64,000 nucleotides of DNA, taken from the NCBI GenBank assembly GCA_964016885.1, contig OZ024744.1, forward strand, positions 21,514,001 through 21,578,000. Direction: 5' to 3'. The position numbers and the translations under genes are program-made. Positions within the stretch are counted from its first letter, which is position 1. Each line of letters starts with the position of its first letter. Below, in pieces: positions 40,701 to 55,700 of this stretch. Below the pieces are notes generated by a model. The model did no database searches and had not been told where the DNA came from. It saw only the letters and a program-made list of their open reading frames with translations. The stretch is from Eledone cirrhosa (taxonomy: Eukaryota).

Positions 40701-43700
40701 GTTAGAAGAGGAGACAGGCACAACAGCTCTGACATCTTCAGACAGTTAGAAGAGGTGACAGGCACAACAGCTATGACATCTTCAGAGAGTTAGAAGAGGT
40801 GACAACCACAACAGCTATGACTTCTTCAGACAGTTAGAAGAGGTGACAGCCACAACAGCTATGACATATTCAGACAAAAGAGGTGACAGTCACAACAGCT
40901 ATGCCATCTTCAGAGAGTTAGAAGAGGTGACAGGCACAACAGCTATGACATCTTCAGACATAAGAGGTGACAGCCACAACAGCTATGACATCTTCAGACA
41001 GTTAGAAGAGGTGACAGGCACAACAGCTATGACATCTTCAGACATAAGAGGTGACAGCCACAACAGCTATAACATCTTCAGACCGTTAGAAGAGGTGACA
41101 GGCACAACAGCTATGACATCTTCAGACAGTTAGAAGAGGTGACAGCCACAACAGCTGTGACATCTTCAGACAGTTAGAAGAGGTGACAGCCACAACAGCT
41201 ATGACATCTTCAGACAGTTAGAAGAGGTGACAGGCACAACAGCTATGACATGTTCAGATAGAAGAGGTGATAGGCACAACAGATATGACATCTTCAGAGA
41301 GTTAGAAGAGGTGACAGGCACAACAGCTATGACATCTTCAGACAATGAGAAGAGGTGACAGCCACAACAGCTATGACATCTTCAGACTGTTAGAAGAGGT
41401 GACAGCCACAACAGCTATGCCATCTCCAGACAGTTAGAAGAGGTGACAGCCACAACAGCTATGACATCTTTAGACAGTTAGAAGTGGTGACAGGATCAAC
41501 AGCTATGACATCTTCACACAGTTAGAAGAGGTGACAGGCACAACAGCTTTGACATCTTCATACAGTTAGAAGAGGTGACAGCAACAACAGCTATGAGATC
41601 TTCAGACAGAAGAGGTGACAGCCACAACAGCTATGACATCTTCAGACAGAAGAGGTGACAGGCCCAACAGCTATGAGATCTTCAGACAGAAGAGGTGACA
41701 GCCACAACAGCTATGACATATTCAGACAGAAGAGGTGACAGGCACAACAGCTATGATATCTTTACACAGTTAGAAGTGGTGACAGCCACAACAACTATGA
41801 CATATTCAGACAGTTAGAAGAGGTGACAGGCACAACAGCTATGACATCTTCAGACAGTGAGAAGAGGTGACAGCCACAACAACTATGACATCTCCAGACT
41901 GTTAGAAGAGGTGACAGCCACAACAGCTATGACATCTTCAGACAGAAGAGGTGACAGCCACAACAGCTATGACATCTTCAGAGAGAAGAGGTGACAGGCA
42001 CAAGAGCTATGACATCTTCAGACAGAAGAGGTGACAGACACAACAGCTATAACATCTTCAGATAGTTAGAAGAGGAGACAGGCACAACAGCTCTGACATC
42101 TTCAGACAGTTAGAAGAGGTGACAGGCACAACAGCTATGACATCTTCAGAGAGTTAGAAGAGGTGACAGCCACAACAGCTATGACTTCTTCAGACAGTTA
42201 GAAGAGGTGACAGCCACAACAGCTATGACATATTCAGACAAAAGAGGTGACAGTCACAACAGCTATGCCATCTTCAGAGAGTTAGAAGAGGTGACAGGCA
42301 CAACAGCTATGACATCTTCAGACATAAGAGGTGACAGCCACAACAGCTATGACATCTTCAGACAGTTAGAAGAGGTGACAGGCACAACAGCTATGACATC
42401 TTCAGACATAAGAGGTGACAGCCACAACAGCTATAACATCTTCAGACCGTTAGAAGAGGTGACAGGCACAACAGCTATGACATCTTCAGACAGTTAGAAG
42501 AGGTGACAGCCACAACAGCTGTGACATCTTCAGACAGTTAGAAGAGGTGACAGCCACAACAGCTATGACATCTTCAGACAGTTAGAAGAGGTGACAGGCA
42601 CAACAGCTATGACATGTTCAGATAGAAGAGGTGATAGGCACAACAGATATGACATCTTCAGAGAGTTAGAAGAGGTGACAGGCACAACAGCTATGACATC
42701 TTCAGACAATGAGAAGAGGTGACAGCCACAACAGCTATGACATCTTCAGACTGTTAGAAGAGGTGACAGCCACAACAGCTATGCCATCTTCAGAGAGTTA
42801 GAAGAGGTGATAGCCACAACAGCTATGACATCTTCAGAGAGAAGAGGTGACAGACACAACAGCTATGACATCTTCAGACAGTTAGAAGAGGTGAAAGACA
42901 CAACAGCTATGACATCTTCAGACAGAAGAGGTGACAGGCACAACAGCTATGACATCTTCAGACAGTTAGAAGAGGTGACAGGCACAACAGCTATGACATC
43001 TTCAGACAGTTAGAAGAGGTGACCGGCACAACAGCTATGACATCTTCAGACAGTTAGAAGAGGTGACAGCCACAACAGCTATGACATCTTCAGACAGTTA
43101 GAAGAGGTGACAGGCACAACAGCTATGACATCTTCAGACAGTTAGAAGAGGTGACCGGCACAACAGCTATGACATCTTTAGACAGTTAGAAGAGGTGACA
43201 GCCACAACAGCTATGACATCTTCAGACAGTTAGAAGAGGTGACAGCCACAACAGCTTTGACATCTTTAGACAGAAGAGGTGACAGCCACAACAGCTATGA
43301 CATCTTCAGACAGTTAGAAGAGGTGACAGGCACAACAGCTATGACATCTTCAGACAGTTAGAAGAGGTGACAGCCACAACAGCTATGACATCTTCAGACA
43401 GTTAAAAGAGGTGACAGACACAACAGCTGTGACATCTTCAGACAGTTAGAAGAGGTGACAGCCACAACAGCTATGACACCTTTAGACATTTAGAAGTGGT
43501 GACAGGATCAACAGCTATGACATCTTCAGACAGTTAGAAGAGGTGACAGGCACAACAACTCTGACATCTTCAGACAGTTAGAAGAGGTGACAGGCACAAC
43601 AGCTATGACATCTTCAGACAGTTAGAAGAGGTGACAGCCACAACAGCTATGACTTCTTCAGACAGTTAGAAGAGGTGACAGCCACAACAGCTATGACATA

Positions 43701-46700
43701 TTCAGACAAAAGAGGTGAAAGGCACAACAGCTATGCCATCTTCAGAGAGTTTGAAGAGGTGACAGGCACAACAGCTATGACATCTTCAGACAGAAGAGGT
43801 GACAGCCACAACAGCTATGACATCTTCAGACAGTTAGAAGAGGTGACAGGCACAACAGCTATGACATCTTCAGACAGTTAGAAGAGGTGACAGCCACAAC
43901 AGCTATGACATCTTCAGACAGTTAAAAGAGGTGACAGGCACAACAGCTGTGACATCTTCAGACAGTTAGAAGAGGTGACAGCCACAACAGCTATGACATC
44001 TTTAGACAGTTAGAAGTGGTGACAGGATCAACAGCTATGACATCTTCACACAGTTAGAAGAGGTGACAGGCACAACAGCTTTGACATCTTCATACAGTTA
44101 GAAGAGGTGACAGCAACAACAGCTATGAGATCTTCAGACAGAAGAGGTGACAGCCACAACAGCTATGACATCTTCAGACAGAAGAGGTGACAGGCCCAAC
44201 AGCTATGAGATCTTCAGACAGAAGAGGTGACAGCCACAACAGCTATGACATATTCAGACAGAAGAGGTGACAGGCACAACAGCTATGATATCTTTACACA
44301 GTTAGAAGTGGTGACAGCCACAACAACTATGACATATTCAGACAGTTAGAAGAGGTGACAGGCACAACAGCTATGACATCTTCAGACAGTGAGAAGAGGT
44401 GACAGCCACAACAACTATGACATCTCCAGACTGTTAGAAGAGGTGACAGCCACAACAGCTATGACATCTTCAGACAGAAGAGGTGACAGCCACAACAGCT
44501 ATGACATCTTCAGAGAGAAGAGGTGACAGGCACAACAGCTATGACATCTTCAGACAGAAGAGGTGACAGACACAACAGCTATAACATCTTCAGATAGTTA
44601 GAAGAGGAGACAGGCACAACAGCTCTGACATCTTCAGACAGTTAGAAGAGGTGACAGGCACAACAGCTATGACATCTTCAGACAGTTAGAAGAGGTGACA
44701 GCCACAACAGCTATGACTTCTTCAGACAGTTAGAAGAGGTGACAGCCACAACAGCTATGACATATTCAGACAAAAGAGGTGACAGTCACAACAGCTATGC
44801 CATCTTCAGAGAGTTAGAAGAGGTGACAGGCACAACAGCTATGACATCTTCAGACATAAGAGGTGACAGCCACAACAGCTATGACATCTTCAGACAGTTA
44901 GAAGAGGTGACAGGCACAACAGCTATGACATCTTCAGACATAAGAGGTGACAGCCACAACAGCTATAACATCTTCAGACCGTTAGAAGAGGTGACAGGCA
45001 CAACAGCTATGACATCTTCAGACAGTTAGAAGAGGTGACAGCCACAACAGCTGTGACATCTTCAGACAGTTAGAAGAGGTGACGGCCACAACAGCTATGA
45101 CATCTTCAGACAGTTAGAAGAGGTGACAGGCACAACAGCTATGACATGTTCAGATAGAAGAGGTGATAGGCACAACAGATATGACATCTTCAGAGAGTTA
45201 GAAGAGGTGACAGGCACAACAGCTATGACATCTTCAGACAATGAGAAGAGGTGACAGCCACAACAGCTATGACTTCTTCAGACTGTTAGAAGAGGTGACA
45301 GCCACAACAGCTATGCCATCTTCAGACAATGAGAAGAGGTGACAGCCACAACAGCTATGACTTCTTCAGAGAGTTAGAAGAGGTGACAGCCACAACAGCT
45401 ATGACATCTTCAGAGAGAAGAGGTGACAGACACAGCAGCTATAACATCTTCAGACAGTTAGAAGAGGTGACCGGCACAACAGCTATGACATCTTTAGACA
45501 GTTAGAAGAGGTGACAGCCACAACAGCTATGACATCTTCAGACAGTTAGAAGAGGTGACAGCCACAACAGCTTTGACATCTTTAGACAGAAGAGGTGACA
45601 GCCACAACAGCTATGACATCTTCAGACAGTTAGAAGAGGTGACAGCCACAACAGCTAAGACATCTTTAGACAGTTAGAAGAGGTGACAGGAACAACAGCT
45701 ATGATATCTTCAGACAGTTAGAAGAGGTGACAACAACAACAGCTATGACATCTTCAGACAGAAGAGGTGACAGCCACAACAGCTATGACATCTTCAGACA
45801 GTTAGAAGAGGTGACAGGCACAACAGCTATGACATCTTTAGACAGTTAGAAGAGGTGACAGCCACAACAGCTATGACATATTCAGACAGTTAGAAGAGGT
45901 GACAGGCACAACAGCTATGACATCTTCAGACAGTTAGAAGAGGTGACAGCCAAAACAGCTATGACATCTTTAGATAGTTAGAAGAGGTGACAGGAACAAC
46001 AGCTATGACATCTTCAGACAGTTAGAAGAGGTGACAGGCACAACAGCTATGACATCTTCAGACAGTTAGAAGAGGTGACAGCAACAACAGCTATGACATC
46101 TTCAGACGGTTAGAAGAGGTGACAGGCACAGCAGCTATGACATCTTTAGACAGTTAGAAGAGGTGACAGCCACAACAGCTATGACATCTTCAGACCGTTA
46201 GAAGAGGTGACAGGCACAACAGCTATGACATCTTCAGAGAGAAGAGGTGACAGGCACAACAGCTATGACATCTTCAGACAGTTAGAAGAGGTGACAGGCA
46301 CAACAGCTATGACATCTTCAGACAGTGAGAGGAGGTGACAGCCACAACAGCTATGACATCTTCAGACTGTTAGAAGAGGTGACAGCCACAACAGCTATGG
46401 CATCTTCAGACAGAAGAGGTGACAGCCACAACAGCTATGACATCTTCAGAGAGAAGAGGTGACAGGCACAACAGCTATGACATCTTCAGACAGAAGAGGT
46501 GACAGACACAACAGCTATAACATCTTCAGACAGTTAGAAGAGGTGACAGGCACAACAGCTCTGTCATCTTCAGACAGTTAGAAGAGGTGACAAGCACAAC
46601 ATCTATGACATCTTCAGACAGTTAGAAGAGGTGACAGCCACAACAGCTATGACTTCTTCAGACAGTTAGAAGAGGTGACAGCCACAACAGCTATGAAATA

Positions 46701-49700
46701 TTCAGACAAAAGAGGTAACAGGCACAACAGCTATGCCATCTTCAGAGAGTTAGAAGAGGTGACAGGCACAAGAGCTATGACATCTTCAGACAGAAGAGGT
46801 GACAGCCACAACAGCTATGACATCTTCAGACAGTTAGAAGAGGTGACAGGCACAACAGCTATGACATCTTCAGACAGTTAGAAGAGGTGACAGCCACAAC
46901 AGCTATGACATCTTTAGATAGTTAGAAGAGGTGACAGGAACAACAGCTATGACATCTTCAGACAGTTAGAAGAGGTGACAGGCACAACAGCTATGACATC
47001 TTCAGACAGTTAGAAGAGGTGACAGCAACAACAGCTATGACATCTTCAGACAGTTAGAAGAGGAGACAGGCACAGCAGCTATGACATCTTTAGACAGTTA
47101 GAAGAGGTGACAGCCACAACAGCTATGGCATCTTCAGACCGTTAGAAGAGGTGACAGGCACAACAGCTATGACATCTTCAGAGAGAAGAGGTGACAGGCA
47201 CAACAGCTATGACATCTTCAGACAGTTAGAAGAGGTGACAGGCACAACAGCTATGACATCTTCAGACAGTGAGAGGAGGTGACAGCCACAACAGCTATGA
47301 CATCTTCAGACTGTTAGAAGAGGTGACAGCCACAACAGCTATGGCATCTTCAGACAGAAGAGGTGACAGCCACAACAGCTATGACATCTTCAGAGAGAAG
47401 AGGTGACAGGCACAACAGCTATGACATCTTCAGACAGAAGAGGTGACAGACACAACAGCTATAACATCTTCAGACAGTTAGAAGAGGTGACAGGCACAAC
47501 AGCTATGACATCTTCAGACAGAAGAGGTGACAGACACAACAGCTATAACATCTTCAGACAGTTAGAAGAGGTGACAGCTACAACAGCTATGACATCTTCA
47601 GACAGTTAGAAGAGGTGACAGGCACAGCAGCTATGACATCTTTAGACAGTTAGAAGAGGTGACAGCCACAACAGCTATGACATCTTCAGACCGTTAGAAG
47701 AGGTGACAGGCACAACAGCTATGACATCTTCAGAGAGAAGAGGTGACAGTCACAACAGCTATAACATCTTCAGACAGTTAGAAGAGGTGACAGGCACAAC
47801 AGCTATGACATCTTCAGACAGTTAGAAGAGGTGACAGGCACAACAGCTATGACATCTTCAGACAGTTAGAAGAGGTGACAGCCACAACGGCTATGACTTC
47901 TTCAGACAGTTAGAAGAGGTGACAGCCACAACAGCTATGGCATCTTCAGACAGTTAGAAGAGGTGACAGCCACAACAGCTTTGACATCTTTAGACAGTTA
48001 GAAGAGGTGACAGCCACAACAGCTATGACATCTTCAGACAGTTAGAAGAGGTGACAGCCACAACAGCTATGACATCTTCAGACCGTTAGAAGAGGTGACA
48101 GGCACAACAGCTATGACATCTTCAGAGAGAAGAGGTGACAGGCACAACAGCTATAACATCTTCAGACAGTTAGAAGAGGTGACAGGCACAACAGCTATGA
48201 CATCTTCAGACAGTTAGAAGAGGTGACAGGCACAACAGCTATGACATCTTCAGACAGTTAGAAGAGGTGACAGCCACAACGGCTATGACTTCTTCAGACA
48301 GTTAGAAGAGGTGACAGCCACAACAGCTATGGCATCTTCAGACAGTTAGAAGAGGTGACAGGCACAACAGCCATGACATCTTCAGACAGTTAGAAGAGGT
48401 GACAGCCACAACAGCTTTGACATCTTTAGACAGTTAGAAGAGGTGACAGCCACAACAGCTATGACATCTTCAGACAGTTAGAAGAGGTGACAGCCACAAC
48501 AGCTGTGACATCTTCAGACAGTTAGAAGAGGTGACAGCCACAACAGCTATGACATCTTCAGACAGTTAGAAGAGGTGACAGGCACAACAGCTATGACATG
48601 TTCAGATAGAAGAGGTGACAGGCACAACAGATATGACATCTTCAGACAGTTAGAAGAGGTGACAGGCACAACAGCTATAACATCTTTAGACAGTTAGAAG
48701 AGGTGACAGCCACAACGGCTATGACTTCTTCAGACAGTTAGAAGAGGTGACAGGCACAACAGCTATGACATCTTCAGACAGTTAGAAGAGGTGACAGCCA
48801 CAACAGCTGTGACATCTTCAGACAGTTAGAAGAGGTGACAGCCACAACAGCTATGACATCTTCAGACAGTTAGAAGAGGTGACAGGCACAACAGCTATGA
48901 CATGTTCAGATAGAAGAGGTGATAGGCACAACAGATATGACATCTTCAGAGAGTTAGAAGAGGTGACAGGCACAACAGCTATGACATCTTCAGACAATGA
49001 GAAGAGGTGACAGCCACAACAGCTATGACATCTTCAGACTGTTAGAAGAGGTGACAGCCACAACAGCTATGCCATCTTCAGAGAGTTAGAAGAGGTGATA
49101 GCCACAACAGCTATGACATCTTCAGAGAGAAGAGGTGACAGACACAACAGCTATAACATCTTCAGACAGTTAGAAGAGGTGACCGGCACAACAGCTATGA
49201 CATCTTTAGACAGTTAGAAGAGGTGACAGCCACAACAGCTATGACATCTTCAGACAGTTAGAAGAGGTGACAGCCACAACAGCTTTGACATCTTTAGACA
49301 GAAGAGGTGACAGCCACAACAGCTATGACATCTTCAGACAGTTAGAAGAGGTGACAGGCACAACAGCTATGACATCTTCAGACAGTTAGAAGAGGTGACA
49401 GCCACAACAGCTATGACATCTTCAGACAGTTAAAAGAGGTGACAGACACAACAGCTGTGACATCTTCAGACAGTTAGAAGAGGTGACAGCCACAACAGCT
49501 ATGACACCTTTAGACATTTAGAAGTGGTGACAGGATCAACAGCTATGACATCTTCAGACAGTTAGAAGAGGTGACAGGCACAACAACTCTGACATCTTCA
49601 GACAGTTAGAAGAGGTGACAGGCACAACAGCTATGACATGTTCAGATAGAAGAGGTGACAGGCACAACAGATATGACATCTTCAGACAGTTAGAAGAGGT

Positions 49701-52700
49701 GACAGGCACAACAGCTATAACATCTTTAGACAGTTAGAAGAGGTGACAGCCACAACGGCTATGACTTCTTCAGACAGTTAGAAGAGGTGACAGGCACAAC
49801 AGCTATGACATCTTCAGACAGTTAGAAGAGGTGACAGCCACAACAGCTGTGACATCTTCAGACAGTTAGAAGAGGTGACAGCCACAACAGCTATGACATC
49901 TTCAGACAGTTAGAAGAGGTGACAGGCACAACAGCTATGACATGTTCAGATAGAAGAGGTGATAGGCACAACAGATATGACATCTTCAGAGAGTTAGAAG
50001 AGGTGACAGGCACAACAGCTATGACATCTTCAGACAATGAGAAGAGGTGACAGCCACAACAGCTATGACATCTTCAGACTGTTAGAAGAGGTGACAGCCA
50101 CAACAGCTATGCCATCTTCAGAGAGTTAGAAGAGGTGATAGCCACAACAGCTATGACATCTTCAGAGAGAAGAGGTGACAGACACAACAGCTATAACATC
50201 TTCAGACAGTTAGAAGAGGTGACCGGCACAACAGCTATGACATCTTTAGACAGTTAGAAGAGGTGACAGCCACAACAGCTATGACATCTTCAGACAGTTA
50301 GAAGAGGTGACAGCCACAACAGCTTTGACATCTTTAGACAGAAGAGGTGACAGCCACAACAGCTATGACATCTTCAGACAGTTAGAAGAGGTGACAGGCA
50401 CAACAGCTATGACATCTTCAGACAGTTAGAAGAGGTGACAGCCACAACAGCTATGACATCTTCAGACAGTTAAAAGAGGTGACAGACACAACAGCTGTGA
50501 CATCTTCAGACAGTTAGAAGAGGTGACAGCCACAACAGCTATGACACCTTTAGACATTTAGAAGTGGTGACAGGATCAACAGCTATGACATCTTCAGACA
50601 GTTAGAAGAGGTGACAGGCACAACAACTCTGACATCTTCAGACAGTTAGAAGAGGTGACAGGCACAACAGCTATGACATCTTCAGACAGAAGAGGTAACA
50701 GGCACAACAGCTATGACATCTTCAGACAGTTAGAAGAGGTGACAGCCACAACAGCTATGACTTCTTCAGACAGTTAGAAGAGGTGACAGCCACAACAGCT
50801 ATGACATATTCAGACAAAAGAGGTGAAAGGCACAACAGCTATGCCATCTTCAGAGAGTTTGAAGAGGTGACAGGCACAACAGCTATGACATCTTCAGACA
50901 GAAGAGGTGACAGCCACAACAGCTATGACATCTTCAGACAGTTAGAAGAGGTGACAGGCACAACAGCTATGACATCTTCAGACAGTTAGAAGAGGTGACA
51001 GCCACAACAGCTATGACATCTTCAGACAGTTAAAAGAGGTGACAGGCACAACAGCTGTGACATCTTCAGACAGTTAGAAGAGGTGACAGCCACAACAGCT
51101 ATGACATCTTTAGACAGTTAGAAGTGGTGACAGGATCAACAGCTATGACATCTTCACACAGTTAGAAGAGGTGACAGGCACAACAGCTTTGACATCTTCA
51201 TACAGTTAGAAGAGGTGACAGCAACAACAGCTATGAGATCTTCAGACAGAAGAGGTGACAGCCACAACAGCTATGACATCTTCAGACAGAAGAGGTGACA
51301 GGCCCAACAGCTATGAGATCTTCAGACAGAAGAGGTGACAGCCACAACAGCTATGACATATTCAGACAGAAGAGGTGACAGGCACAACAGCTATGATATC
51401 TTTACACAGTTAGAAGTGGTGACAGCCACAACAACTATGACATATTCAGACAGTTAGAAGAGGTGACAGGCACAACAGCTATGACATCTTCAGACAGTGA
51501 GAAGAGGTGACAGCCACAACAACTATGACATCTCCAGACTGTTAGAAGAGGTGACAGCCACAACAGCTATGACATCTTCAGACAGAAGAGGTGACAGCCA
51601 CAACAGCTATGACATCTTCAGAGAGAAGAGGTGACAGGCACAACAGCTATGACATCTTCAGACAGAAGAGGTGACAGACACAACAGCTATAACATCTTCA
51701 GATAGTTAGAAGAGGAGACAGGCACAACAGCTCTGACATCTTCAGACAGTTAGAAGAGGTGACAGGCACAACAGCTATGACATCTTCAGACAGTTAGAAG
51801 AGGTGACAGCCACAACAGCTATGACTTCTTCAGACAGTTAGAAGAGGTGACAGCCACAACAGCTATGACATATTCAGACAAAAGAGGTGACAGTCACAAC
51901 AGCTATGCCATCTTCAGAGAGTTAGAAGAGGTGACAGGCACAACAGCTATGACATCTTCAGACATAAGAGGTGACAGCCACAACAGCTATGACATCTTCA
52001 GACAGTTAGAAGAGGTGACAGGCACAACAGCTATGACATCTTCAGACATAAGAGGTGACAGCCACAACAGCTATAACATCTTCAGACCGTTAGAAGAGGT
52101 GACAGGCACAACAGCTATGACATCTTCAGACAGTTAGAAGAGGTGACAGCCACAACAGCTGTGACATCTTCAGACAGTTAGAAGAGGTGACGGCCACAAC
52201 AGCTATGACATCTTCAGACAGTTAGAAGAGGTGACAGGCACAACAGCTATGACATGTTCAGATAGAAGAGGTGATAGGCACAACAGATATGACATCTTCA
52301 GAGAGTTAGAAGAGGTGACAGGCACAACAGCTATGACATCTTCAGACAATGAGAAGAGGTGACAGCCACAACAGCTATGACTTCTTCAGACTGTTAGAAG
52401 AGGTGACAGCCACAACAGCTATGCCATCTTCAGAGAGTTAGAAGAGGTGACAGCCACAACAGCTATGACATCTTCAGAGAGAAGAGGTGACAGACACAGC
52501 AGCTATAACATCTTCAGACAGTTAGAAGAGGTGACCGGCACAACAGCTATGACATCTTTAGACAGTTAGAAGAGGTGACAGCCACAACAGCTATGACATC
52601 TTCAGACATTTAGAAGAGGTGACAGCCACAACAGCTTTGACATCTTTAGACAGAAGAGGTGACAGCCACAACAGCTATGACATCTTCAGACAGTTAGAAG
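34800..52700. repeat. Satellite sub-domain D: higher-order duplications at 3604, 3896, 1364, 1040 and 7108 bp offsets (contains an E-like stretch at about 45.6-48.5 kb)
   Basis: Private markers are GGATCAAC, GGTGAAAGG..AGAGTTTG, ACATAAGAGG and GACACCTTTAGACATTT. Pseudo-ORF copies occur at 36175/39779/43675/50783 and 40843/42207/44739/51847. Confidence 0.8.
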
Positions 52701-55700
52701 AGGTGACAGCCACAACAGCTAAGACATCTTTAGACAGTTAGAAGAGGTGACAGGAACAACAGCTATGATATCTTCAGACAGTTAGAAGAGGTGACAGGCA
52801 CAACAGCTATGACATCTTCAGACAGTTAGAAGAGGTGACAGGCACAACAACTATGAAATCTTCAGACAGTTAGAAGAGGTGACAACAACAACAGCTATGA
52901 CATCTTCAGACAGTTAGAAAAGGTGACAGCCACAACAGCTATGACATCTTCAGACAGTTAGAAGAGGTGACAGGCACAACAGCTATGACATCTTTAGACA
53001 GTTAGAAGAGGTGACAGCCACAACAGCTATGACATATTCAGACAGTTAGAAGAGGTGACAGGCACAACAGCTATGACATCTTCAGACAGTTAGAAGAGGT
53101 GACAGCCACAACAGCTATGACATCTTTAGATAGTTAGAAGAGGTGACAGGAACAACAGCTATGACATCTTCAGACAGTTAGAAGAGGTGACAGGCACAAC
53201 AGCTATGACATCTTCAGACAGTTAGAAGAGGTGACAGCAACAACAGCTATGACATCTTCAGACAGTTAGAAGAGGTGACAGGCACAGCAGCTATGACATC
53301 TTTAGACAGTTAGAAGAGGTGACAGCCACAACAGCTATGACATCTTCAGACCGTTAGAAGAGGTGACAGGCACAACAGCTATGACATCTTCAGAGAGAAG
53401 AGGTGACAGGCACAACAGCTATGACATCTTCAGACAGTTAGAAGAGGTGACAGGCACAACAGCTATGACATCTTCAGACAGTGAGAGGAGGTGACAGCCA
53501 CAACAGCTATGACATCTTCAGACTGTTAGAAGAGGTGACAGCCACAACAGCTATGGCATCTTCAGACAGAAGAGGTGACAGCCACAACAGCTATGACATC
53601 TTCAGAGAGAAGAGGTGACAGGCACAACAGCTATGACATCTTCAGACAGAAGAGGTGACAGACACAACAGCTATAACATCTTCAGACAGTTAGAAGAGGT
53701 GACAGGCACAACAGCTCTGTCATCTTCAGACAGTTAGAAGAGGTGACAAGCACAACATCTATGACATCTTCAGACAGTTAGAAGAGGTGACAGCCACAAC
53801 AGCTATGACTTCTTCAGACAGTTAGAAGAGGTGACAGCCACAACAGCTATGAAATATTCAGACAGTTAGAAGAGGTGACAGGCACAACAGCTATGACATC
53901 TTCAGACAGTTAGAAGAGGTGACAGCAACAACAGCTATGACATCTTCAGACAGTTAGAAGAGGTGACAGGCACAACAGCTATGACATCTTCAGACAGTTA
54001 GAAGAGGTGACAGCCACAACAGCTATGACATCTTTAGATAGTTAGAAGAGGTGACAGGAACAACAGCTATGACATCTTCAGACAGTTAGAAGAGGTGACA
54101 GGCACAACAGCTATGACATCTTCAGACAGTTAGAAGAGGTGACAGCAACAACAGCTATGACATCTTCAGACAGTTAGAAGAGGAGACAGGCACAGCAGCT
54201 ATGACATCTTTAGACAGTTAGAAGAGGTGACAGCCACAACAGCTATGGCATCTTCAGACCGTTAGAAGAGGTGACAGGCACAACAGCTATGACATCTTCA
54301 GAGAGAAGAGGTGACAGGCACAACAGCTATGACATCTTCAGACAGTTAGAAGAGGTGACAGGCACAACAGCTATGACATCTTCAGACAGTGAGAGGAGGT
54401 GACAGCCACAACAGCTATGACATCTTCAGACTGTTAGAAGAGGTGACAGCCACAACAGCTATGGCATCTTCAGACAGAAGAGGTGACAGCCACAACAGCT
54501 ATGACATCTTCAGAGAGAAGAGGTGACAGGCACAACAGCTATGACATCTTCAGACAGAAGAGGTGACAGACACAACAGCTATAACATCTTCAGACAGTTA
54601 GAAGAGGTGACAGGCACAACAGCTATGACATCTTCAGGCAGTTAGAAGAGGTGACAGCAACAACAGCTATGACATCTTCAGACAGTTAGAAGAGGTGACA
54701 GGCACAGCAGCTATGACATCTTTAGACAGTTAGAAGAGGTGACAGCCACAACAGCTATGACATCTTCAGACCGTTAGAAGAGGTGACAGGCACAACAGCT
54801 ATGACATCTTCAGAGAGAAGAGGTGACAGGCACAACAGCTATAACATCTTCAGACAGTTAGAAGAGGTGACAGGCACAACAGCTATGACATCTTCAGACA
54901 GTTAGAAGAGGTGACAGGCACAACAGCTATGACATCTTCAGACAGTTAGAAGAGGTGACAGCCACAACGGCTATGACTTCTTCAGACAGTTAGAAGAGGT
55001 GACAGCCACAACAGCTATGGCATCTTCAGACAGTTAGAAGAGGTGACAGCCACAACAGCTTTGACATCTTTAGACAGAAGAGGTGACAGCCACAACAGCT
55101 ATGACATCTTCAGACAGTTAGAAGAGGTGACAGCCACAACAGCTATGACATCTTTAGACAGTTAGAAGAGGTGACAGGAACAACAGCTATGATATCTTCA
55201 GACAGTTAGAAGAGGTGACAGGCACAACAGCTATGACATCTTCAGACAGTTAGAAGAGGTGACAGGCACAACAGCTATGACATCTTCAGACAGTTAGAAG
55301 AGGTGACAGCAACAACAGCTATGACATCTTCAGACAGAAGAGGTGACAGCCACAACAGCTATGACATCTTCAGACAGTTAGAAGAGGTGACAGGCACAAC
55401 AGCTATGACATCTTTAGACAGTTAGAAGAGGTGACAGCCACAACAGCTATGACATATTCAGACAGTTAGAAGAGGTGACAGGCACAACAGCTATGACATC
55501 TTCAGACAGTTAGAAGAGGTGACAGCCACAACAGCTATGACATCTTTAGATAGTTAGAAGACGTGACAGCCACAACAGCTATGACATCTTTAGACAGTTA
55601 GAAGAGGTGACAGGAACAACAGCTATGATATCTTCAGACAGTTAGAAGAGGTGACAGGCACAACAGCTATGATATCTTCAGACAGAAGAGGTGACAGACA

